Below, in pieces: positions 26,205-36,249 of a stretch of 64,000 bases of DNA. The notes beneath the pieces are model-generated. The model was not told where the DNA came from. It worked only from the letters and a program-made list of their open reading frames with translations, and did no database searches. How positions within the stretch are numbered: position 1 is the stretch's first letter; each line of letters begins with the position of its first letter. Source of the DNA: Ilumatobacteraceae bacterium (GTDB lineage: Bacteria > Actinomycetota > Acidimicrobiia > Acidimicrobiales > Ilumatobacteraceae); the NCBI GenBank assembly GCA_040398525.1, contig JBBATY010000009.1, positions 22,416 through 86,415 of the forward strand, read 5' to 3'. Position numbers and translations under genes: made by a program.

Positions 26205-27155
26205 ATGCGACGCTTCCTCCTCAAACGACTCGTGTCCGCCATCGTCACCTTGTGGCTGTTGGCGACGATCGTCTTCCTCATCGTGAACGTGCTTCCCGGT
26301 GACGTCGGACGCAAGATCCTCGGGCCATTCGCCACGCAGGAGAGCGTCGCTGCCTACAACGAGCGCTTGGGCACCAACCGTCCGCTCATCGTGCAGTACC
26401 TCGACTCGATGCGACGGGTGTTCACCTTCAATTTCGGCGATGCGTACTCGACCAGTTCGCCGGTGAACGACATCATCTTCCCGGCACTCGGTCGCTCCGC
26501 CAAGCTGGCGCTCCTGGCGTTCGTCATCACCATCCCTCTATCGATCATGGCCGGCATCATCGCTGCCCGCCGACAGGACAAGCTCACCGACCGGGCCATC
26601 GTGAACGCCGGCTTGGCGACGTCGTCGATCCCCGAGTTCGTGTCCGCTGCCGTGCTCATGTCGATCTTCTGCGTGCACTGGAAGATCGGCGAGGTGTACG
26701 CCAACCCGCCTGACGGCACACCCCTGCTCGGGCAACTCCGCTACCTGCTCATGCCAGCGTTAGCAATGGCGATCGCCTACTTCGGCTATCTCGCACGGAT
26801 GACCAGGGCGGGTGTGATCGCCGCACAGAGCTCCGACTATGCCCGGACCGCCACGATGAAGGGCCTCCCGCAGAGCACGGTCATGCGACGTCATGTCCTG
26901 CGCAACGCGCTGGCTCCGACGATCACCGTCATCAGCGTGCAGATCGGCTACCTGATGGGCGGCATCATCGGAGTCGAGAAGGTCTTCAACTACAACGGCC
27001 TCGGCACCGTGATGTTGAACGCTCAAAAGGCCAAGGACATCCCGCTGTTGCAGGGGGCCGTGCTGCTCGTCGGCATCATCTACATGCTGTCCACGCTCAT
27101 CGCCGACCTGGTGATCGCCTACCTCAACCCCAGGGTCCGACTGGAGACGACATGA
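26205..27155 (+). CDS. ABC transporter permease (DppB/OppB-like)
   Basis: 316 aa. It starts MRRFLLKRLVSAIVTLWLLATIVFLIVNVLPGD and has a BPD transporter EAA-type loop (ARTATMKGLPQSTVMRRHVLRNAL). Confidence 0.9.
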   Translation: MRRFLLKRLVSAIVTLWLLATIVFLIVNVLPGDVGRKILGPFATQESVAAYNERLGTNRPLIVQYLDSMRRVFTFNFGDAYSTSSPVNDIIFPALGRSAKLALLAFVITIPLSIMAGIIAARRQDKLTDRAIVNAGLATSSIPEFVSAAVLMSIFCVHWKIGEVYANPPDGTPLLGQLRYLLMPALAMAIAYFGYLARMTRAGVIAAQSSDYARTATMKGLPQSTVMRRHVLRNALAPTITVISVQIGYLMGGIIGVEKVFNYNGLGTVMLNAQKAKDIPLLQGAVLLVGIIYMLSTLIADLVIAYLNPRVRLETT

Positions 27156-28075
27156 CGACGGACTCACCCCTCGATGAGACCTCCTCATCGACTCCCGATC
27201 CAGAGATCGTGATCGCCACGGGCATCCAGCAGGCGAGCGAACGCAAGGTTGCGCGGCGCGAGAATTGGCGGCTGATCCGTCGTCGTCCGGCCTTCATCAT
27301 CGGCGTGTTCATCGTGCTGGTGTGGGTGGTGTGCGCGATCTTCGGCAACCGCATCGCGCCCCACGATCCGCTCAACTACCGGGCGCAGGTGCACCTGTCG
27401 CCCCGAGCGGAGTTTCCCTTCGGCACCGACAAGAACGCCCGCGACGTGCTGTCCCGAGTGATCGCCGGTGCCCGCGACGTGCTCACCATCGCTCCGGCAG
27501 CCGCGATCCTCGGCGTCGTGTTCGGTGTGATCCTGGGCCTCCTCATGGGCTACATCGGCAAGCGCCTCGACATGGTGCTCAGCCGCGTCGTCGAGGCATT
27601 CCTCGCCCTTCCGGTCGTGCTCATCGCGTTGCTTGCCATCGTCACCCTCGGGAACTCGGCCTGGGTCGTCTTGGGTGTCGTCGCTGCGCTGTTCACCCCG
27701 ATCGTCGCTCGAACGGTGCGGGCAGCCGTGATGGCCGAACGCGACCTCGACTACGTCACCTCGGCCAAACTGCGCGGCGAGTCGTCGTCGTTCATCATGT
27801 TCCGCGAGATCCTTCCCAACGTGATGGGCCCGATCGTCGTCGAGCTCACGGTGCGCATCGGCTATGCGGTCTTCACGATCTCGACGCTGTCGTTCCTCGG
27901 GGCAGGCCCGCCGCCTCCGTCGCCCGACTGGGGTGCCCAGGTGAGCGAGGGGTACAACTCGATCAGCGCTGGCATCTGGTGGACGACGTTCTTCCCGGCA
28001 GCGGCGATCGCCAGCCTGGTGATCGCAGTCAATCTGATCGCCGACTCGGTGCAGTCGGTCCTGGAGGCATCGTGA
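27152..28075 (+). CDS. ABC transporter permease (DppC/OppC-like)
   Basis: 307 aa. It has FGTDKNARDVLSRVI and YVTSAKLRGESSSFIMFREILPN. The start overlaps the upstream stop (ATGA). Confidence 0.9.
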   Translation: MTTDSPLDETSSSTPDPEIVIATGIQQASERKVARRENWRLIRRRPAFIIGVFIVLVWVVCAIFGNRIAPHDPLNYRAQVHLSPRAEFPFGTDKNARDVLSRVIAGARDVLTIAPAAAILGVVFGVILGLLMGYIGKRLDMVLSRVVEAFLALPVVLIALLAIVTLGNSAWVVLGVVAALFTPIVARTVRAAVMAERDLDYVTSAKLRGESSSFIMFREILPNVMGPIVVELTVRIGYAVFTISTLSFLGAGPPPPSPDWGAQVSEGYNSISAGIWWTTFFPAAAIASLVIAVNLIADSVQSVLEAS

Positions 28076-30135
28076 CCGACCTCGCCGTCCCTGCGTCCAG
28101 CCCTGCCTCGAGCACGGCTGCGCTCGAGGTCCGCGACCTCGAGGTGGTCTACAAGGTCCGCGGCATCGACCGCATCGTGCTGCGCGGCGTGTCGTTCGCC
28201 ATCGCACCGGGCGAGGCCTACGGCCTCGTCGGTGAATCCGGCTGCGGCAAGAGCACCACCGCGTACGCCGCGCTTCGCTACCTGCCGCGTAACGGCCGGA
28301 TCACTTCCGGGCAGGTGCTGGTGGGCGGTCAGGACGTCACGGCGATGAGCGAGTCGCGGCTGCGCGAGTTCCGCGCCCGCGACGCATCGATGGTCTACCA
28401 GGACCCTGCGCAAGCGATGAACCCGACGATCCGCGTCGGCAGCCAGTTGATCGAGAGCTTCACCCTGCTCGGCCAGAACAAGCAGCAGGCGCAGGCTTCC
28501 GCGATCGAGGCGCTGCGCAAGGTGCGCATCGCCGACCCCGAGCGCGTGATGGACCGCTACCCGTTCCAGCTCTCGGGCGGGATGCAGCAGCGGGTCGTCA
28601 TCGCCATGGCGTTGGCCTGCGATCCGAAGCTGCTCGTGCTCGACGAACCCACGACAGGCCTCGACGCAACCGTGGAGGCCGAGGTGCTCGACCTCGTGCA
28701 GACCCTGCGCAAGGAGAGCGACGCTGCCGTCCTGTTGATCGCCCACAACCTCGGCATCATCCGTTCGTTGTGCGATCGGGTTGGCGTGATGTACGCCGGC
28801 CGCATCGTCGAACAGGGGCCCAGTTCGCAGGTGTTCGACAGCCCCCAGCATCCGTACACGGTCGGGCTGTTGCGCTCGCTACCGCGCCGGGGAGCGCGCA
28901 AGACCGAGAAGTCGCTCGCCACCATCCCGGGCATCCTGCCGCTCATCGGCGCCGATCTCCCCACCTGTGTGTTCGTCGATCGCTGTCCGCTGGCAGACGA
29001 CGTGTGCCGCACCGAGGTTCCGCCCGTCACCCCCATTGGCGACGACGGCACGCGGTACTCGCGCTGCCACCACGTCGACCGTATCGACCAGATCCACGAC
29101 GACGTCACCAAGGTGGGCATCAGCATGCTGGTGTCCGACGAGGCGCACCCCGACGTGTTGCAACTCAGCCATGTGTCGAAGACGTTCAAGCAGCGCAACA
29201 CGGCCATCCCAGCCCTCGTCGACGTCGACCTCGAACTCGTCGAGGGCGAGACGCTCGGCATCGTGGGCGAGTCCGGTTCCGGCAAATCGACACTCGCCAA
29301 GACGATGCTCGGCATCGAGAGCCTCGACACCGGTGGCTCGGTGTCGCTCGACGGCCACCAGCTCGCTGCGTCCACGGTCGACCGCACGGCCGACGACAAA
29401 CGGTCGATGCAGATGATCTTCCAGAACCCCGACTCGGCACTGAACCGCAGCTGGTCGGTGCGGCGCATCCTGGTGCGCAGTGTCGAGAAGCTCACCGGCA
29501 TCAAGGGCAAGGAGGCCAACGACCGTGTCGAGGCCCTCGCCGCGCACCTGCGGCTCACCCCTCGCCACCTCGACCTGAAGCCGCGCCAGCTCTCGGGCGG
29601 CCTGAAGCAGCGTGTTGCCATCGCCCGCGCCTTCGTCGGCGATCCGCGCATCGTGGTGTGCGACGAGCCCACCAGCGCCCTCGACGTGTCGGTGCAAGCC
29701 GCCATCTTGAACCTTCTCGCCGATCTGCAGTCCGAGAACAAGACGAGCTACGTCTTCATCTCCCACGACATGGGTGTGGTTCGCTATCTCGCTGATCGCA
29801 TCGCCGTGATGTACCTCGGCCGCATCCAGGAGATCGGCTCCACCGACGAGGTGTTCACGGGGCCCAACCACCCGTACACCGAGGCACTGCTCTCGGCCAT
29901 TCCCGATGTCGACGGCGGTATGCGGGAACGCGTCCGCCTCGGCGGCGAGATCCCCAGCCCGGCCAACCCGCCGTCGGGCTGTGTGTTCCATCCGCGCTGC
30001 CCGCGGGCCATGCCCGGGGTGTGCGAGATCAGCGAGCCACCGCTGCGCGAGGTCTCGCCGGGGCATGCGATGCGCTGCCACATCCCCATCGAGACCCTCG
30101 TCGAGCTGCAGCGCAAGCCCTCGGTCGACGCCTGA
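28072..30135 (+). CDS. Fused double ATP-binding protein (DppD-DppF type) of the family-5 ABC importer
   Basis: GTG at 28072 after GGAGG, overlapping the permease stop (GTGA). It has two Walker A motifs (GESGCGKST, GESGSGKST), two signatures (LSGGMQQRV, LSGGLKQRV) and oligopeptide-type C-terminal Cys motifs. Confidence 0.85.
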   Translation: MTDLAVPASSPASSTAALEVRDLEVVYKVRGIDRIVLRGVSFAIAPGEAYGLVGESGCGKSTTAYAALRYLPRNGRITSGQVLVGGQDVTAMSESRLREFRARDASMVYQDPAQAMNPTIRVGSQLIESFTLLGQNKQQAQASAIEALRKVRIADPERVMDRYPFQLSGGMQQRVVIAMALACDPKLLVLDEPTTGLDATVEAEVLDLVQTLRKESDAAVLLIAHNLGIIRSLCDRVGVMYAGRIVEQGPSSQVFDSPQHPYTVGLLRSLPRRGARKTEKSLATIPGILPLIGADLPTCVFVDRCPLADDVCRTEVPPVTPIGDDGTRYSRCHHVDRIDQIHDDVTKVGISMLVSDEAHPDVLQLSHVSKTFKQRNTAIPALVDVDLELVEGETLGIVGESGSGKSTLAKTMLGIESLDTGGSVSLDGHQLAASTVDRTADDKRSMQMIFQNPDSALNRSWSVRRILVRSVEKLTGIKGKEANDRVEALAAHLRLTPRHLDLKPRQLSGGLKQRVAIARAFVGDPRIVVCDEPTSALDVSVQAAILNLLADLQSENKTSYVFISHDMGVVRYLADRIAVMYLGRIQEIGSTDEVFTGPNHPYTEALLSAIPDVDGGMRERVRLGGEIPSPANPPSGCVFHPRCPRAMPGVCEISEPPLREVSPGHAMRCHIPIETLVELQRKPSVDA

Positions 30136-30136
30136 C

Positions 30137-30162
30137 GGGCATGCTGCGGAGGCAGCGTGCCC
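30137..30162. terminator. Hairpin between convergent ABC ATPase gene and soxD (possible bidirectional terminator)
   Basis: gggcatgctgc (30137-30147) pairs with gcagcgtgccc (30152-30162). The stem is 11 bp with one G-U pair and the loop ggag. There is no U-tract. Confidence 0.4.
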
Positions 30163-30181
30163 GCTCGCTGGTGCGGGCGGG

Positions 30182-30418
30182 TCAGTCGACGATGCGATCG
30201 ACGCTGGTGTCGCGCTGCACGGTGCACCAGCGGTGGCAGCCACCCGAGTGGAACCACCGCTCGGTCTGCACACCCGACCCGTTGGTGAAGAACCACACCC
30301 GGTGCAGGTCGCGTTCGATCGGGTCGGTGATCGACGCTGGCGCCTCGGGGTCTTCGCCGCCGAATCGGAACTCTTCCACCGGCCGCGGGCCGCAGTGTGG
30401 GCAGGGGATCGTCAGCAT
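30182..30418 (-). CDS. soxD: Sarcosine oxidase delta subunit-like
   Basis: 78 aa from the ATG at 30418. It reads MLTIPCPHCGPRPVEEFRFGG...HSGGCHRWC, a Cys3His zinc pattern typical of SoxD. Confidence 0.8.
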   Translation of the reverse strand: MLTIPCPHCGPRPVEEFRFGGEDPEAPASITDPIERDLHRVWFFTNGSGVQTERWFHSGGCHRWCTVQRDTSVDRIVD

Positions 30419-30426
30419 CGTGGCTC

Positions 30427-31635
30427 CTACTTGGTGCCGGTCGAGCCGAGGTCGGCCATCGGCTGGTCCTTGGCGAAGCGGTCGAGGGCGAACGGGGCGA
30501 TCAGCTCGGGCACGCGGCCCGTGGCGATGAGCTCGGCGAGCTGCTCGCCGCCGGCGGGAATGGCTTTGAAGCCCCACGTGCCCCAGCCAGTGGTGATGTA
30601 GAAGCCGTCGACGCCGGTGTGGCCGATGATGGGCGAGAAGTCGGCCGACACATCGCACCGCCCCGTCCACTGGCGCAGGATGCGCAGGTCGCGGGTGAAC
30701 GGCAGCACCATCGCCATCTTGCGCGAGCACTGCTGAAGGAACTGGAACGACGACTGCAGCGAGTAGCTGGCCTGCGGCTCGTACTCGTGGCCGATGAGCA
30801 TCTGCCCGCGGGCGGTCTGCGAGATGTACGAGTTCATCTCGGTGTCGGAGATGATGTTGGGGAACGTGCGGGCGTAGCTGTTGGTGACGAACGCCTGCAG
30901 CGGGTGGGTGCGGATGGGCAGGCGCAAGTCGGCGTGTGCTGCGAGCACCGACACGTTGCCGCCCACGGCGCTGACCACCGCGCCGGCGTGGATGTCGCCC
31001 GTGGGGGTGCGCACGCCGGTGACCCGGCCGCCGTCGCGCAGCAAGCCGATGACCGGCGTGTTCTGCACCACGTGCACGCCACGACGCATCGCCCCCTGGG
31101 CGTAGGCCCACACCACGCGGTCGTGGCGGGCCGAGGCGCCGGGAAGGTGGTAGCTCGCTCCGAGCACCGGGTAGCGGCCGCCACCGGAGAGGTCGATCTG
31201 CGGACAGAGGCGCTTCACTTCGGAGGGCTCGATGAAGTGGGTCTCCACCCCGAAGGCCTGATTCAGCAGGGCGCGGGCGCGCTGGGTGCGCAGCGTGGCT
31301 TCGCTGTGGGCCAGCCACATCAGACCCTTGGTGTCGTGCATGATCCAGCAGCCGGTCTCGGCCTCGAGTTGCTGGTACAGCCGCACGCTGTGGTCGTAGA
31401 ACTTGATCGACTCCGACAACCCGTAGTTGGAGCGGATGATCGTGGTATTGCGGCCCGAGTTGCCGCTGCCGATGTAGTTGGCCTCGATGACCAGCACGTC
31501 GGTGATGCCGTGGCGTTCGGCGAGGTGATAGGCGGTCGACAGACCGTGGCCGCCGCCACCGACGATGACGACGTCGTACGACGACTTCGGTTCGTGCCAG
31601 GCCAGTTCGAGCAGGGTTTCGACGAACTCGTTCAT
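30427..31635 (-). CDS. soxB: Sarcosine oxidase beta subunit-like (FAD/FMN flavoprotein)
   Basis: ATG at 31635 (MNEFVETLLELAWHEPKSSYDVVIVGGGGHGLSTAYHLAERHGI...GRNTTIIRSNY). The start overlaps the upstream stop (ATGA at 31632-31635). Confidence 0.85.
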   Translation of the reverse strand: MNEFVETLLELAWHEPKSSYDVVIVGGGGHGLSTAYHLAERHGITDVLVIEANYIGSGNSGRNTTIIRSNYGLSESIKFYDHSVRLYQQLEAETGCWIMHDTKGLMWLAHSEATLRTQRARALLNQAFGVETHFIEPSEVKRLCPQIDLSGGGRYPVLGASYHLPGASARHDRVVWAYAQGAMRRGVHVVQNTPVIGLLRDGGRVTGVRTPTGDIHAGAVVSAVGGNVSVLAAHADLRLPIRTHPLQAFVTNSYARTFPNIISDTEMNSYISQTARGQMLIGHEYEPQASYSLQSSFQFLQQCSRKMAMVLPFTRDLRILRQWTGRCDVSADFSPIIGHTGVDGFYITTGWGTWGFKAIPAGGEQLAELIATGRVPELIAPFALDRFAKDQPMADLGSTGTK

Positions 31636-32057
31636 GCCACGGCCCCCAGTCGGTCGGGCACCTCGTGGAACGCCGAGCCCGACACGATGAGCAACGTTCG
31701 GTCGGCCTCCATCACCAGCTTGATGGCCAGACCGCACACCATGCCCTGGGCCAGTGCCGGCCGGGTGGTGGGCAGCGGCCACTCGAGCTTGTGGGTCAGT
31801 GCCGTCAACTGCGCCGCATCGAGCCAGGCGCCACGGAACATGGCCTCGGGTTCGATGATCGCATGCGGGTCGGCGGTGGCCACCGCAGCGGCGTCGTCGA
31901 CGGTGGCGTCGATGACCAAGGCGTCGTCGGGGGCGACGCGCACCATGATGGCGCCGGCTGGCCAGGTGGCCGCGTCGATGGCGGCAGGCTTGGCCGTGAT
32001 GCGCACGCCCATCAGGGTGGAGAATCGCATCGGTTCGAGTGCGTCAGAGGCGGGCAC
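31632..32057 (-). CDS. soxG: Probable sarcosine oxidase gamma subunit-like protein (short)
   Basis: Assigned by position (after soxA, before soxB) and size class only. The start is uncertain: GTG at 32057 lies about 6 nt after GGAGG and overlaps the soxA 3' end, and ATG at 32030 is the alternative. No strong motif was recognised. Confidence 0.4.
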   Translation of the reverse strand: MPASDALEPMRFSTLMGVRITAKPAAIDAATWPAGAIMVRVAPDDALVIDATVDDAAAVATADPHAIIEPEAMFRGAWLDAAQLTALTHKLEWPLPTTRPALAQGMVCGLAIKLVMEADRTLLIVSGSAFHEVPDRLGAVA

Positions 32058-34218
32058 GGGCACCCTCCGGGTCGTAGAAGGGGGTCGGAGCGACGGTGGC
32101 GGTGCGACCGTCGATGAACACCGTGTCGAGGAACGGCAGGCGCTTCTGCCAACCGAGCAGCACCGCGTGCCCGAGCAGGGGAGAGCTGAAGCTGGTGGCC
32201 ACATGGCCGATCACCTCACCACCCTCTCGGTCGAAGATCGGGGCACCTTCCAGCGGCGCCGGGCCGTCCATTCGCATGCCGAACAGGCGGCGTGAATCGT
32301 CGAGGCTCGCGGTGCGTGCCAGCGACGGGCGACCGATGAAGAACGGCTTCTCCATCTTCACGGCCCAGTCGAGGCCCAACCTGGCGGGGGTGGAGTCCAT
32401 CTCGGAGTCGAGGCCCACCAGGAAGTGGCCCTTTTCGAGTCGCAGGCCGAACAGAGCCTGCAGGCCGTGCGGGTGGATGCCGAGATCGGCACCCAGCCGC
32501 ATCAGTTCGCGCCACAGTTCCACCGAGTGGGCCGTGAGGTGGTGCAACTCGAAGCTCGCCTCGCCGGTGAACGACAGGCGCATCACGTGGCAGGGCACAC
32601 CGGCCACGTCGGCGTGCACGTGCTGCAACATCTTCGGCGGCTCGGCCAACCCGGCACGGCGCAGCAGTTCGCCCGCCAGCGGTCCGGTGACATTGATGGC
32701 GGCGAGCGAGAACGTGCGGTCGAGCACGTGCACGTCGAGGCCCCAGGTCTCGATCCAGTCGCGCACCCACATCTCGGCGAACGAGGCACCACCCGAGGTG
32801 AAGCTGAGCGCGAATCGGTGATCGCTCTCGCGCAGGATCATCCCGTCGTCGATGACATGGCCGCGCTCGTTCAGCAGCAGGGCGTACCGGCTGCGGCCAG
32901 GGCGGATGTCGGCGACGTTGCACGGGTACAGCCGCTCGAGCGCCTCGACGACGTCGGGGCCCGACACGATCATCTTGCCCAGTGTGGACACGTCGCCCAG
33001 CGACACCGCCTCGCGGACGGCCCAGTACTCGCGCACGTGGTCGCCGTAGTTCCAGGGGCGCCACCAGCCGCCGAAGCGGTCCATGTGGGCGCCGAGGGCG
33101 AGGTGCTCGTCGTGCAGTGCAGTGCGCCGCCAGGCGTCGAGGTGCACGTCGGCGGCAGCTTCGGCGATGGTGAGCTGGCGCGACGCCGGGCGACCGGTGA
33201 ACGGCGCCGGCTCGGTGCCCGACCGGTCGGCGACGAAGGCACGCAGGTGAGGCATGCAGACACCGCCCTGGCAGGTGCCGGTGCCGCACAGGCTGGCCCG
33301 CTTCACCAGTTCGAGGTGCTGGAAGCCCTTCTGCCACACACCGTCGAGGTCGTCGACGGTCACTTTCGAGCAGGGGCACACGGTGCCTGCCTGTGGCGCA
33401 GGGGGGAGGTCGAAGCGCTCGGCGGCCGCTCCGACGACACGGACAGAGGGTTCGTCGGTCATGCGGGCGAGCAGGTCGCGGGGTGCCCGGCGGGCACTCG
33501 TGACCACCACGCTGCGGCACGCGTGCCGGGTGCCATCACGGGTGACCACGGTGTGCACCCAGCCGTCGTCGCCCTCGAAGTGGTCGAGGTCGTCGAGGTC
33601 GACGGTGACGCTGTCGTGCAGCTCGACACCGCGCTCGACGAGGTGTGCGGCCGCACCAGCAGTGAGGATGCCGCGCAGCATGTTGCCCTCGCACACCGGG
33701 TGCAGTTCGGCGGCACCCGTGGCGATGACCACCTCGTGGGCGTGCACGTGCAGCATGTGGTCGGAGCGGCGCACGATAACGGTGGGCCCCTGGTAGACGC
33801 CCACCACGTCGTCACCCGACCCGCTGTCGAGCACGAGCACGGTGTGGCCGTCCGCCTGTGCCGTGCCGGCCTCGGCGCGACCGGCTTCGCTCGCGCCGAT
33901 GACAGCGACGTCGACATGGGCGCGGCGCACGGTCACTTCCACAGGAGGTGCGATGCGGGTGGGGTCGGCGAGCACAGCGTTGCGCAGCGGCGGGCCACCC
34001 ACCAGGGGATGGCGGCGCACATCCAGACCCGGCTCGGCAGTCGTCTGACAGGTGCGGGTGAAGCCCACGCCGGCCACGACGGCCGAGCAGTTGCCGCAAT
34101 CACCTGCGAGGCAGAGGGTGCCGCCGTGTTGGGGGTGCTGGCCGGCGCGGATGATCGCATCGGCGATCGTGTCGCCGACGTCGAACGAGATGGGGGAGTC
34201 GTCGAACGCGAAACGCAT
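32044..34218 (-). CDS. soxA: Sarcosine oxidase alpha subunit-like (short form with C-terminal GcvT/THF-binding domain)
   Basis: 724 aa. It has an N-terminal Fer2_4-like segment, a degenerate dinucleotide fold (VAVIGASEAG), a Cys-rich SoxA-type segment (CPCSKVTVDDL...CGTGTCQGGVC) and a GcvT domain (SFTGEASFELH, RLEKGH). Confidence 0.8.
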   Translation of the reverse strand: MRFAFDDSPISFDVGDTIADAIIRAGQHPQHGGTLCLAGDCGNCSAVVAGVGFTRTCQTTAEPGLDVRRHPLVGGPPLRNAVLADPTRIAPPVEVTVRRAHVDVAVIGASEAGRAEAGTAQADGHTVLVLDSGSGDDVVGVYQGPTVIVRRSDHMLHVHAHEVVIATGAAELHPVCEGNMLRGILTAGAAAHLVERGVELHDSVTVDLDDLDHFEGDDGWVHTVVTRDGTRHACRSVVVTSARRAPRDLLARMTDEPSVRVVGAAAERFDLPPAPQAGTVCPCSKVTVDDLDGVWQKGFQHLELVKRASLCGTGTCQGGVCMPHLRAFVADRSGTEPAPFTGRPASRQLTIAEAAADVHLDAWRRTALHDEHLALGAHMDRFGGWWRPWNYGDHVREYWAVREAVSLGDVSTLGKMIVSGPDVVEALERLYPCNVADIRPGRSRYALLLNERGHVIDDGMILRESDHRFALSFTSGGASFAEMWVRDWIETWGLDVHVLDRTFSLAAINVTGPLAGELLRRAGLAEPPKMLQHVHADVAGVPCHVMRLSFTGEASFELHHLTAHSVELWRELMRLGADLGIHPHGLQALFGLRLEKGHFLVGLDSEMDSTPARLGLDWAVKMEKPFFIGRPSLARTASLDDSRRLFGMRMDGPAPLEGAPIFDREGGEVIGHVATSFSSPLLGHAVLLGWQKRLPFLDTVFIDGRTATVAPTPFYDPEGARARL

Positions 34219-34227
34219 GAACTGCTC

Positions 34228-36249
34228 TCAGGTCTCGTCGGCGCGCCGGATGGTGACCGGTTGACCGCCGAGTTGGTCGAAGGGGATATGGCAACGGATC
34301 ACGCCGCCATCGGGGGTAGGCGTGAGAGGGGGCTCGGTGGTGCGACAGAGGTCGCCGAGGAAGCGGGGGCACCGAGTGTGGAACACACAGCCGGAGGGGA
34401 CGTTCACTGCACTGGGGATCTCGCCCTCGAGACGGATGCGCTCGCGCTTGTCACCGTCGACCGACGGAGCTGCCGACAGCAGGGCCTCGGTGTAGGGGTG
34501 GTGCGGCCCGTCGAACACCCGCTCAGCTGGGCCGAGCTCCATGATCCGACCGAGGTAGAGCACGGCGATGCGGTCCGACAGGTACCGCACCACGCGAAGG
34601 TCGTGGGAGATGAACAGGTAGCTCGTGCGGCTGTCGCGCTGCAGGTCGCCGAGCAGGTTCAGGATCGCTGCCTGCACCGATACGTCGAGCGAGGAGGTCG
34701 GCTCGTCGCACACCACGATGCGCGGCTTGCCTGCGAACGCTCGGGCGATCGCGACGCGCTGCTTCAGACCGCCCGACAGCTGGACGGGCCGCATGTCGAG
34801 GTGGCGCTCGGTCAACCGCACGGCGCTGGTGATGGCGGTCAGCTCGCCTTCGACCTCGGCCGCCGGCACCTGCCCGAGACGGCGCAGGCTGCGGCCGACG
34901 ATGCGTCGCACACTGTGTCGGCGGTTGAGCGCCGAGTCCGGGTTCTGGAAGACGATCTGGATGGACCGGATCTGGTCGAGCGTTCGACGCTTGGTGCTCG
35001 TCGGCAGCTGCGCCCCGTCGAGGGTCAGCTCGCTGCCCTCGTCGGGAGGGGTGATCCCCAAGATGGCGTGGGCGAGCGTGGTCTTCCCGCTTCCGGACTC
35101 TCCGACCAGACCGAGGGTCTCACCGGGGAAGAGGTCGAGGTCGACGTCGCGGACTGCGTAGATCGGCTTGCCGGCCTGACGGAACGTCTTGCTCACCCCG
35201 CGCAGGGTCAGCAAGGGCCCGGCGGAGCGGTCGACGACCGATGGGAACCCACTCGGGAGCTCGGCGGCCGCCATTCCAGCCACCTGATCGGTGTGGTGGC
35301 AACGTACCGAACGACCGTCGAGGGTTGTCCACGGGGGCGCTTCCGATCGACACTGATCGGACGCGAGCGCGCAACGGTCGACGAACACACAGTTCGGCAG
35401 CTCGGCGCCGAGCACCGGCAGGAAGCCGGGAATCGTCTCGAGGCGTTGGGCCTCCTTGCGCGAGCCGTGCCGCGGCAAGCACCTCAGCAGCCCGACCGAG
35501 TACGGGTGCTGAGGATCGTCGAACACCTGCTGGGCGTCGCCCTCCTCGACCACCTGGCCCGCATAGAGCACACCGACCCTGTCGCACATGGAGCGGATCG
35601 CACCGAGGTTGTGGGAGATGAACAACACCGAGGTGCCGTACTCGCGGCGCAGTCCCCGGACCAGGTCGAGCACCTCGGCCTCGACGGTGGCGTCGAGACC
35701 AGTGGTCGGCTCGTCGAGGATGAGCAGCTGCGGGTTCGACGCGAGCGCCATCGCGATCACGACACGCTGCTGCATGCCGCCGGACAACTGGTGCGGGTAG
35801 CGGCTCAGCACCGACTCGGGATCGGCGATCTGGACCTTGGCCAGCATCTCGAGCGAGCGCTGGCGAGCCTCGTCCCTACCCAGACCGAGGACGTCGAACG
35901 CCTCCATCAACTGGGGCCCGACCCTGATGGTCGGGTTCATCGCCTGTCCAGGGTCCTGGTACACGATCGACGCATCGCGAGCACGCAACTGGCGGAGCTC
36001 GTCGCTGCCGAGCGACATCACGTCCCGCCCGCCGAGCCTCACCGACCCACCGAGGATGCGAGCGTTGTCCGGCAGGTATCGGACGGCGGCGTACGCGGCC
36101 GTGCTCTTGCCACAGCCGCTCTCACCTACCAGGCCGTACGACTCGCCCGGCTGGATGGCGAACGAGACCCCGCGGAGCACCTCGCGCGTGATCCCGCGCA
36201 CGACGTACCCGAGCCGTAGGTCGACGAACTCCAGTGCTGCGTCGCTCAC
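34228..36249 (-). CDS. Fused double ATP-binding protein (DppD-DppF type), paralogue of 28072..30135
   Basis: GTG at 36249 overlaps the upstream stop (GTGA). Motifs are GESGCGKST/LSGGMQQRV and GESGSGKTT/LSGGLKQRV. By eye it is about 70 % identical to the other ATPase over the N-terminal block. Confidence 0.85.
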   Translation of the reverse strand: MSDAALEFVDLRLGYVVRGITREVLRGVSFAIQPGESYGLVGESGCGKSTAAYAAVRYLPDNARILGGSVRLGGRDVMSLGSDELRQLRARDASIVYQDPGQAMNPTIRVGPQLMEAFDVLGLGRDEARQRSLEMLAKVQIADPESVLSRYPHQLSGGMQQRVVIAMALASNPQLLILDEPTTGLDATVEAEVLDLVRGLRREYGTSVLFISHNLGAIRSMCDRVGVLYAGQVVEEGDAQQVFDDPQHPYSVGLLRCLPRHGSRKEAQRLETIPGFLPVLGAELPNCVFVDRCALASDQCRSEAPPWTTLDGRSVRCHHTDQVAGMAAAELPSGFPSVVDRSAGPLLTLRGVSKTFRQAGKPIYAVRDVDLDLFPGETLGLVGESGSGKTTLAHAILGITPPDEGSELTLDGAQLPTSTKRRTLDQIRSIQIVFQNPDSALNRRHSVRRIVGRSLRRLGQVPAAEVEGELTAITSAVRLTERHLDMRPVQLSGGLKQRVAIARAFAGKPRIVVCDEPTSSLDVSVQAAILNLLGDLQRDSRTSYLFISHDLRVVRYLSDRIAVLYLGRIMELGPAERVFDGPHHPYTEALLSAAPSVDGDKRERIRLEGEIPSAVNVPSGCVFHTRCPRFLGDLCRTTEPPLTPTPDGGVIRCHIPFDQLGGQPVTIRRADET

